Positions 50,317 through 57,476 of a stretch of DNA of 64,000 nt are shown piece by piece. Origin of the DNA: Candidatus Eremiobacteria bacterium (GTDB taxonomy: Bacteria; Vulcanimicrobiota; Vulcanimicrobiia; Vulcanimicrobiales; Vulcanimicrobiaceae); NCBI GenBank assembly GCA_963758295.1, contig CAVWUU010000004.1, positions 640,001-704,000 of the forward strand, read 5' to 3'. The position numbers and the translations under genes are program-made. The notes below the pieces were generated by a model, which worked only from the letters and a program-made list of their open reading frames with translations, did no database searches and had not been told where the DNA came from. How positions within the stretch are numbered: position 1 is the first letter of the stretch; each line of letters opens with the position of its first letter.

Positions 50317-51755
50317 CAGTCGTACGCCCCGCGCAGATACCAGCGCGCTCCCTGGCGGTAGATGCGGCAGATCTCGCCATCTTCGAGCACCACGTCGTAT
50401 TCGTCTCGCGTGACGCCCTCGCCGAACCATCCTTCGTCGATGCGCCACGGTCCGGCGCACTCGACGACGGCGCGCGGCGGACTGCCGACAAACGCCGGCT
50501 CACCGCGATGCATGCGTACGTCGATCTCACGCACGTTGAGCAGACGGAGCTGTGGAGCGACGGCGGCTACGGTCCCGGCCGGCGCATCCACCGGATCGGG
50601 CTTAGGAACGGTAAACGGTTCGTACACGAAGCGCTCTTCAAGCGGATGGGCTTCGCGTAAGCGGGCGCGCAACGCCGGTTCGCCAAGCATCGCTTCCAGC
50701 CGCGCGAGCGTTACCGCAACATGCTGCGCATCGATGTCCTCGGCGGCAAAGAGCGCGAGCTCTTCTCCGCCTTCTTCGAGCCGCAACGCGCGCAAGTGCA
50801 GCCCGACGACCGGCGCGGAAAATTGCATCCCTTCGAGCTTTGCGCGTAATACGTCTAGCATCGAGCGTTCCTCGGCGGTGGCCATCGCCAGCACTATTTC
50901 GAAGGCCGCTTCGTCGGCGTTGTCGAGTTCCACGCGCAATTGCAAAGCGCTCGCGCGTTTCCCGCATCGTTCGAGGTCGCTGCAAATGCGCGTCAAAAGC
51001 ACGCGCAAGGCAAAAAAGACCTGCGCTTCGTCGTCGGCTTGCCCTTCGCCGAAGATCGCGGCCTCAATGCTGACGGCATGACCGCGCGGCACGAACGGTG
51101 TCCGGTCGATACCCCGCGCCCATTCGTGCCACCGCGCGGCATCGCGGCCGAACCGTCGCACGAAAGGACCATGCGGAAGTTTTGCGAGTTCGCCGAGCGT
51201 CGTGATGCCAAGTAGCCGCAAACGCTCCTTCGCGGACGGATCGAGTTCGAGCACTTGCATCGGCAATGGCTGTAAGCACTGCGCTGCTGCATCTTCTTCG
51301 AGCGTCGTTCCGTCGGCGATCCACGAAGCCGCGTACGCGCAGAATTTATTTTCCGCGCATCCCGTGCGCAACGGCAATTGAAAGCGCTCGACGATGCCGC
51401 GGACTTGCGCGATCCAATCGGGCCGATCGCCCGCAATGCCGCGCATGTCGAGAAACGCAATCCCTTCGCGCACGTCGTCGATTAACGGCGTTACCGCATC
51501 GAGCGCATCGAGCAGTTCGTTCCAGACCGCGCGCCCGCGGGCCGGATCGTAAACGGCCACGCGTGCGTTGGAAACCGCTGCAACGGCTTGCGCGACGGTT
51601 TGACCGATGCGCGCGCCTTCTTCATATGCGCGGTCGTCTAACGCCACGACGCGTCCACGATCGAATCGATCCGCCACGATCGCAGGCGTTGAAGTTGCCT
51701 GTCCGTCCAGCGAAACCGCCAATGGATACTGAGGAACGCGCACGCATAAAAGCAT
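50316..51755 (-). CDS. imuB: ImuB, catalytically inactive Y-family polymerase homolog
   Basis: Y-family fold motifs without the DxDxFY catalytic start, LGITTLGELAKLP, RRFG, C-terminal GPWRIDEGWF...RDEYDV...WYLRGAYD. Confidence 0.9.
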   Translation of the reverse strand: MLLCVRVPQYPLAVSLDGQATSTPAIVADRFDRGRVVALDDRAYEEGARIGQTVAQAVAAVSNARVAVYDPARGRAVWNELLDALDAVTPLIDDVREGIAFLDMRGIAGDRPDWIAQVRGIVERFQLPLRTGCAENKFCAYAASWIADGTTLEEDAAAQCLQPLPMQVLELDPSAKERLRLLGITTLGELAKLPHGPFVRRFGRDAARWHEWARGIDRTPFVPRGHAVSIEAAIFGEGQADDEAQVFFALRVLLTRICSDLERCGKRASALQLRVELDNADEAAFEIVLAMATAEERSMLDVLRAKLEGMQFSAPVVGLHLRALRLEEGGEELALFAAEDIDAQHVAVTLARLEAMLGEPALRARLREAHPLEERFVYEPFTVPKPDPVDAPAGTVAAVAPQLRLLNVREIDVRMHRGEPAFVGSPPRAVVECAGPWRIDEGWFGEGVTRDEYDVVLEDGEICRIYRQGARWYLRGAYD

Positions 51756-52508
51756 TTATCGAGCCTCCGCGTAGGAACGCACCGCGCGTTCGTCTACGGC
51801 GCGCTCGCGCACGAGCGTGCCGTCGGCTTGCGTGAAGATGCGAAGACAGGCCGACGCTCCCGGCGCCAGACGTTTGTGTTTGCGCAATTCCGCGCGCATG
51901 GTGAAGCCGCTGAACGTGCACCACACACCGCGTGTGCCGCATACCGCAACGCGCTGCAGCGCGCATCCCAAGCGCATGCCGGCCGACGCGGCCAGTTCCC
52001 CCGCCGCGCGTGCCGCGACGACGACGAGCAGCGCGCCCGCTTTATGTGCGAGTCCCGCCAGGCGCGCCCACACCGCCGCCCGCAGGACCGGAGCGCACAT
52101 CACGATCACACGCACCACCCGGGAGCGTAAAAGCACGTCGGCGGCGCGAGCCACACCCAGCGCCGTTCGCGCAGGCACGATCAGCAGGCGCTCGAGACGT
52201 ACGCCGGCCTGGGCCAGTGCCGGAGGGTAAAGCTCGCCTTCGTCGATGACCGCCCCCAAGCCGCGACGCGTAGCGGCCGCCAAAAGGGCGGCAACGAGGC
52301 TCCAGCGCCCGGAACAGCGTCCGCCTTCGAGCGTCACCAGGGTGCCGCGCGGAAAGCCGCCGCCGAGCATTTTATCGAGGTCGGAAAACCCGCTAGGAAT
52401 ACACGGATCGAGCGCGACCGCGGCGGACCCGCGTGCCCCCTGAAGGCGCAACTTCAACTCCTTGAAAGCGTCTTGCCGGGGGTCGGGAACGGCAGCCGGT
52501 GTAAGCAT
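51756..52508 (-). CDS. imuA: ImuA, RecA-like accessory protein
   Basis: PSGFSDLDKMLGGGFPRGTLVTL, degenerate Walker A (GGRCSGRWS), LYPPALAQAGV.LERLLIV; its TAA abuts the imuB ATG. Confidence 0.88.
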   Translation of the reverse strand: MLTPAAVPDPRQDAFKELKLRLQGARGSAAVALDPCIPSGFSDLDKMLGGGFPRGTLVTLEGGRCSGRWSLVAALLAAATRRGLGAVIDEGELYPPALAQAGVRLERLLIVPARTALGVARAADVLLRSRVVRVIVMCAPVLRAAVWARLAGLAHKAGALLVVVAARAAGELAASAGMRLGCALQRVAVCGTRGVWCTFSGFTMRAELRKHKRLAPGASACLRIFTQADGTLVRERAVDERAVRSYAEAR

Positions 52509-52516
52509 GGGTGATC

Positions 52517-52545
52517 ATCCTAATCGAACGTATGTTCGATGTCAA
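52517..52545 (-). promoter_or_regulatory. Sigma70 promoter with LexA (SOS) box in the spacer, driving imuA operon
   Basis: TTGACA (52545-52540), 17 nt, TAGGAT (52522-52517). Palindrome ATCGAAC-GTAT-GTTCGAT (52523-52540) fits the CGAAC-N4-GTTCG LexA consensus of Firmicutes/Actinobacteria. Confidence 0.9.
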
Positions 52546-52624
52546 GACGACCTTCGGGCAGGAGTTTCGAGCGTTCTACCGAGCGCCCGGCGCGGCGAAA
52601 AACCCGGTTAAAACGGCCGCGGAA

Positions 52625-53503
52625 TTACGGTGCCGGAGAAGCGCTCGGAACGACTTGCGTTTGCGAGTCGCACTGTTTCACCGTCTCGAGAATGTCGCGC
52701 GAAAGCACGTCTTCGTTCTTCTGCGCGTCGGATTGCGTCCATAGGATGCCGTCGCGTAAATGCGTTACCGGATTGTAACCGAGAGTGAGTCCCGGAATAC
52801 GCGAGAGATCGAGCTCGTACGGATTCGACGGCAAGCCCGCGTTACCAAGAGTCGATTGCGTATCTTGCATGCCCGGCGGCGGCGTACCATAGAACGCGTT
52901 CAAGCCTTGCGGTTGCTGTGCGGTCCGGCTGTTTTGCGTGGTGTCCGGACTGTTGATCGCGCTGATATAGCCGAAGCCTTCGTGCTGCATCTGCGAAAGC
53001 TGCTGCGTCGTAACGAAGCCGTTGATGATGTCGAGCGCACCTTCTTGCGAGGCCAACGCCCGTTCCAATTCGGACTTCAATTGCAGCAGGCGGCGATCGT
53101 CTTCGGTTCTCGGGACGTCGGGAAACGCGTTCTTGTCGTTGAGCTGTTTGTGAATCGCCACGACGTTGTCGGCGAGCGGTCCGACCAAATTTTCCATGCG
53201 CATTACGGCGATATCTTGCGATCCCGAACTGCCGTAGCCCATTGCAAAGTTGTACTGCTTGAAAAGATCGGGGCTCTTCGCAATCGTCTTGTCGTTTTGC
53301 AGCATCATTCCGACGGCCGGCGCAATCGTCTTGTGCAGCACGCTGCACATACGGCGCGTATACAGATGAATGATCTGCGGCGGACTCGTTGCTGCCGCGG
53401 CAGTTTTAGCCGTTGCGGGTGCGGGGCTTGGGGCAGCGGCCGAGAGGATCGGCATGCCAAGAAGCGCAGCGGCGATGAGTGCTGCGGGCAGGTGGTTACG
53501 CAT
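52625..53503 (-). CDS. Secreted helical hypothetical protein
   Basis: Signal peptide, helical Gln/Asn-rich body, two Cys; TAGAAT -10 box 7 nt upstream of the ATG. Confidence 0.75.
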   Translation of the reverse strand: MRNHLPAALIAAALLGMPILSAAAPSPAPATAKTAAAATSPPQIIHLYTRRMCSVLHKTIAPAVGMMLQNDKTIAKSPDLFKQYNFAMGYGSSGSQDIAVMRMENLVGPLADNVVAIHKQLNDKNAFPDVPRTEDDRRLLQLKSELERALASQEGALDIINGFVTTQQLSQMQHEGFGYISAINSPDTTQNSRTAQQPQGLNAFYGTPPPGMQDTQSTLGNAGLPSNPYELDLSRIPGLTLGYNPVTHLRDGILWTQSDAQKNEDVLSRDILETVKQCDSQTQVVPSASPAP

Positions 53504-53556
53504 AGGTTCCATTCTACGACGGAAACGCACGGCCAGGCCTGCCCGTTACACGGTTC

Positions 53557-54345
53557 TTACGGTAGGGTTGCTCCCTCGAGCGAGGAGCGGCTAAGGCTTT
53601 TCAGCGTCGCAGCGTCCACCGCGGAGCAGTTGCGCCGGCCCTGGTCTTCCTGGCAGATGCGAACGCCGCGGAAATTTGCGCCGTGGACGTCGGCCCCACG
53701 CAGGTCGGCACACGACGGCTCGTCGTTGTGATTCTGTCCCGTGCCGGTATTGCGCCAGCACAGCACCGCGCCTTGGAAATCGGCATTGCGCAGGTCGGCA
53801 CCGCGGAATTCCACGCCGATCAAGTCCGCGTTCGTGAAGCGCGTTCCAGCCGCTTTCGCGCCGCGCAGATCCGCTCCGATCATATGCACGCCCGAGAGAT
53901 CGAGGCCGTTCAGCGTCGTATCTTGCGCGTCGCAGCCGGTGCAGTTTCCCAGCAAAGCGCGCATCGCCGAATCGCCGCTTGCGACGGTAATTCCGCGCAG
54001 ATCGACACCGGTCGCCCGCACGCCGTCGAGCTTTGCGCCGTCGAGCCGGACGCCGCGTAACGCAACACCGGTGAGATCGGCGCCGCGGAGATCCGCTCCG
54101 CGCAAATCGGCGTCGCGAAGATCCGCACCAACGAGCTTGGCGTTGCGAAAGTTCGTGTTCTGGAGATTGCTTCCGCGAAAGTCCGCGCCTACGTACGCTA
54201 CGCCTTCGAAGTTTTGTCCGTGCATGTCGGCATGCGAGAAATCACATCCCACGCAGTGCGGCGGCGCAGCCGCCTCGGCGCGAAGCATTGGAGTAGAGGG
54301 AACCAGCGCTAGCGCACAAAGCGCAGCGAGCAAGAAACGGGCCAT
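53557..54345 (-). CDS. Secreted pentapeptide repeat protein with CxxC caps
   Basis: AGGAG RBS, signal peptide, CVGCDF, ADLRG/ADLRD pentapeptides, CTGCD; paralog of 19501..20265. Confidence 0.88.
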   Translation of the reverse strand: MARFLLAALCALALVPSTPMLRAEAAAPPHCVGCDFSHADMHGQNFEGVAYVGADFRGSNLQNTNFRNAKLVGADLRDADLRGADLRGADLTGVALRGVRLDGAKLDGVRATGVDLRGITVASGDSAMRALLGNCTGCDAQDTTLNGLDLSGVHMIGADLRGAKAAGTRFTNADLIGVEFRGADLRNADFQGAVLCWRNTGTGQNHNDEPSCADLRGADVHGANFRGVRICQEDQGRRNCSAVDAATLKSLSRSSLEGATLP

Positions 54346-54359
54346 TGTTGGACTCCTTG

Positions 54360-56495
54360 TTAGTCTCGCATGATGGCACCGCTCATGGCGCTGCCTGTAA
54401 TCGAAGCCTTGGAGAGATCGACACCGCGCAAATCTGCGCCGTTGAAATCACATCCGGTGAACTCCGTATCGTTTACGTGCGCACCGCTGAGCAGTGCGTG
54501 GCGGAAATTCACACCGGTGAACATTGCGCCGGTAAGGTCTGCTCCGCGGAGATCGGCGCCCTCTAAGTTCGCGCCTTCCAGGTGCACGTGGCGCAAGTCC
54601 ATGCCGCGCAAGTTAACATTCGCGAAGCTGCAGCCTTCGCAGGCGCTTAGCACCACGCGCGCTTGGTCCGGTGAAAGCCGGCTTACGTCGATTTCGCATC
54701 CCGTGAGCTGCGCGCCGTCGAAGCGTGCTCCGGCAAGCTGCGCGCCTTTCATGTTGCAGCCTTCCAGATTCGCTCCGGCAAAGGACGCGTTGCGCAGGTC
54801 CGCATCTTTGAAGTTCACGCCCGTGAGCGAAGCGTGGTCGAAATGCGAGCCTTGAAGATTGGCTCGCGCGAAATTCGAGCCTTCCAAGTTGCGATTGCTG
54901 AAGTCTTTGTTCTGTAAATTCGCATTGCCGTAGTCGCAGCCGACGCATTCACCCGCGCTGCTGTGCTGTTGTGCGATCTGCGCAACGCGCAACGATTGCT
55001 TGAGCGAATCGTGTACGAGCTGCGACACGTGTGCGCTCACGGCGGGCGGCGGTACGGCCAAGTCGACCGACGGAACCGCCTTTATGGCCGCATTTGCGGA
55101 GACCAGAGCTTGCGATGCGGTATCGGTCGCCATTTTTACATGTTCTTCGACGACCTTGCGAACGACGGTTTTGGTCTCTTCGGTCTTCGCATTTGCGATC
55201 GGTGCGTTGGGCGCGCCCGGCTTAGCTTTAGGCGCTTCAACCGGCGAGGCTTTGACTGACGGCGCCGGATGTGAGCGTGCAGGGGGAACCGCCGCATGCG
55301 CCGTGGTTTCCCAAGCATCGGCCGGTTGCGGCGCTTGCGGTTCGGTAAACGCAATGCTTGGCGTCATCGTGCGCAGCAGGAAGAAAATCGCGAGCAGCGC
55401 CACGCTGACCGACGCCGCGATACCGGGTGCAATCGATGAGCCGATCGCGCGCCCCGTGCGCAGCAAACGCTCGATACGAATCGAGATGTTTTTGCGAGTG
55501 ACGAACACGCCGGGTGCCGGGACCGCGCGATGCGGCCACGCCGTCATTTCGGCCATCTTCGTCAGGCAGAAGGCGTAGGGACGAACTTGTCCGGTGAGTT
55601 GCAGCACGAAGTCGTCGCACGCAACTTCCCGCTCGATGTCGAGCTGGCGCGCGATGAACCACACCGCCGGATTGAAGAACAACAACGCCGAGGCAATGCG
55701 CTGCAGACTATTCGTCCAATCGTCGGAACGCAGTAAGTGCGCGAGTTCGTGCAGGCTGATTTGGTCGACTTCGGCCGGATCGAGTGAATGCACGAGGTGC
55801 GACGGCAGGAGAATCATCGCGTCGAAGAGCCCGATTGCGACCGGCACTTCGATATCGTCCGAGACGCATAGGCGAACGTCGCGGTGGCCCTTGAGGGCGG
55901 CGTCCCAACGCGGCATGGCATCGCGGTAGTCTACCGCGAGCGGCAACGCGTCGCGCTTGAGCCGTTCCAACGCCATCAGCGCAATTCCAAGGCGCACGAG
56001 CACTACGAGCGACGCCACGAGCCAGAGCGCGAAGACGACGGCCGCAACGAGCGTCGGCACTTTCACGTTGAGCGAATGCGCGGCTGGAGTGGCGTTCGTA
56101 GAAACGTTGGTCGACGCCGTCAACGACGAAGCTTTCGGTTGCGCCGACGTATGGGTCTCACGCGTCTTTACGGGCGGTGCGGCGAGATGCACGCCGTGCG
56201 TCTTCGGTTGCGCAACGTAATGTGCCGGCCCGGACGGCGTCGAGATCGTCCGGTGCGCCGTACCCGTTGCCGGCGTCTCAACCGTAACGCGAGAAAGGCT
56301 CGTGGCGACCGGGACTACGATCACCGCGCACAGCGCGATCGCCCACACGGCATATCGCGTACTGGCATTTGCTTTGCCGAAGACGCGGAGCGCAAGCCAA
56401 GCGACAAACGCGATCAACGCACCTTGCCACAGGCCGTTAATGAGGATCGCGATGGCAATGCGCGCGGCCGAATCAAAAAACGGAAGCCACGACAT
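54360..56495 (-). CDS. BlaR1/MecR1-type M56 metallopeptidase with C-terminal pentapeptide repeat domain
   Basis: LWQG, RYAVW, TM helices, HELAH..R.D, FFNPAVW, EREVACDD, last TM, Pro/Ala linker, CVGCDY and CEGCSF capped pentapeptide repeats. Confidence 0.9.
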   Translation of the reverse strand: MSWLPFFDSAARIAIAILINGLWQGALIAFVAWLALRVFGKANASTRYAVWAIALCAVIVVPVATSLSRVTVETPATGTAHRTISTPSGPAHYVAQPKTHGVHLAAPPVKTRETHTSAQPKASSLTASTNVSTNATPAAHSLNVKVPTLVAAVVFALWLVASLVVLVRLGIALMALERLKRDALPLAVDYRDAMPRWDAALKGHRDVRLCVSDDIEVPVAIGLFDAMILLPSHLVHSLDPAEVDQISLHELAHLLRSDDWTNSLQRIASALLFFNPAVWFIARQLDIEREVACDDFVLQLTGQVRPYAFCLTKMAEMTAWPHRAVPAPGVFVTRKNISIRIERLLRTGRAIGSSIAPGIAASVSVALLAIFFLLRTMTPSIAFTEPQAPQPADAWETTAHAAVPPARSHPAPSVKASPVEAPKAKPGAPNAPIANAKTEETKTVVRKVVEEHVKMATDTASQALVSANAAIKAVPSVDLAVPPPAVSAHVSQLVHDSLKQSLRVAQIAQQHSSAGECVGCDYGNANLQNKDFSNRNLEGSNFARANLQGSHFDHASLTGVNFKDADLRNASFAGANLEGCNMKGAQLAGARFDGAQLTGCEIDVSRLSPDQARVVLSACEGCSFANVNLRGMDLRHVHLEGANLEGADLRGADLTGAMFTGVNFRHALLSGAHVNDTEFTGCDFNGADLRGVDLSKASITGSAMSGAIMRD

Positions 56496-56879
56496 TTAGG
56501 CCTCTTCTTCGTAACGTTCGATGAGCGAGCGCAGGCGCGCCAGCTCATCATCGGAGGGACGCTCGTTTTCGATGAGGCGCAGCGCGAGAGCGCCCGTGTT
56601 GTCGCCGAAGAATTTCGAAACGACTTGCTTCACCGCGGACTGCGCCGCGGCTTCGCGGGCGATCAGCGGATGATAGATGTACGCGCGCCCGGCTTCTTCG
56701 TGGCCGACGTGCCCCTTCTGCTCGAGGATGCGAAGGGTCGTCAGGACGGTATTATAGGCGACCGGCGGCGGAGGCATGGCTCCGGCGACTTCGGCAACCG
56801 TCCCGCGCCCGAGGCGCCAAAGCACCTCCATGATGCGCAGTTCGCCCTCGGTTAAGGTCGGCGATTTCTTTCGAGCCAC
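56496..56879 (-). CDS. BlaI/MecI/CopY family transcriptional repressor
   Basis: LTEGELRIMEVLW, AYNTVLTTLRILEQKG, GRAYIYHP, FFG; GGAGG RBS. Confidence 0.93.
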   Translation of the reverse strand: MARKKSPTLTEGELRIMEVLWRLGRGTVAEVAGAMPPPPVAYNTVLTTLRILEQKGHVGHEEAGRAYIYHPLIAREAAAQSAVKQVVSKFFGDNTGALALRLIENERPSDDELARLRSLIERYEEEA

Positions 56880-56912
56880 TTCGTCTAGCCTCCATCCGCG
56901 CGTAGGCGGTCC

Positions 56913-56976
56913 ACTCTTAATTCCTTAGGAGTAGGCTACCACCGGAGGGGCGACTTGTCAACTAATACGTTAGTTG
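56913..56976 (-). promoter_or_regulatory. Promoter of the blaI operon flanked by two palindromic operators
   Basis: TTGACA (56961-56956), 17 nt, TGn-TAGCCT (56938-56933). Palindromes CAACTAA-TACG-TTAGTTG (56959-56976) and ACTCTTAA-TTCC-TTAGGAGT (56913-56932). Confidence 0.75.
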
Positions 56977-57473
56977 TCCGCGCTGGCTTGCTCGAGCTGC
57001 TGCTTTTCTTCGCCCGAGATGACCATCGTCAGATCAAGCATGATGATCAGACGGTCGTTCAGCTTGCCGACGCCCTGAATGTACTCCGTCCCCACGCCGG
57101 CGATCATTTCGGGTGCATCCTCAACGTTCTCGATGGGGATGTTCAACACTTCGCTGACGCTGTCGACCACCATACCGACTCGCTTGCTTCCGATTTCCGT
57201 GACGATGATGCGCGTGCTCTTGGTCGGGTCGATGCGGCTCATGCCGAAGCGCGTGCGCAGATCGATGATGGGAATCAGCTGGCCGCGCAGGTTGATGACG
57301 CCTTCCATGAACCGCGGCGCGCGCGGCACGTGCGTGATCTCGACCATACGGATGATTTCCTGAACCTGCGAGATGTCGACGCCGTACTCTTCACTTCCGA
57401 GCTGGAACGAGACGACCTGAATAAGCTCGCCCGAAAGCTGCTGTCTGCGATCTTCCTTAACGTCTGTCATCAT
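56970..57473 (-). CDS. cheW: Chemotaxis protein CheW
   Basis: F.LGSEEYGVDI..VQEII, GVINLRGQLIPIIDL, GMVVDSVSEV. Confidence 0.95.
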   Translation of the reverse strand: MMTDVKEDRRQQLSGELIQVVSFQLGSEEYGVDISQVQEIIRMVEITHVPRAPRFMEGVINLRGQLIPIIDLRTRFGMSRIDPTKSTRIIVTEIGSKRVGMVVDSVSEVLNIPIENVEDAPEMIAGVGTEYIQGVGKLNDRLIIMLDLTMVISGEEKQQLEQASADN

Positions 57474-57476
57474 GAT

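Noticed and set aside
53557..56495. Pentapeptide proteins as Qnr/MfpA-type gyrase protectors linked to the neighbouring SOS cassette
   Set aside because: They carry signal peptides or lie beyond the last TM helix, and the imuA operon has its own promoter.
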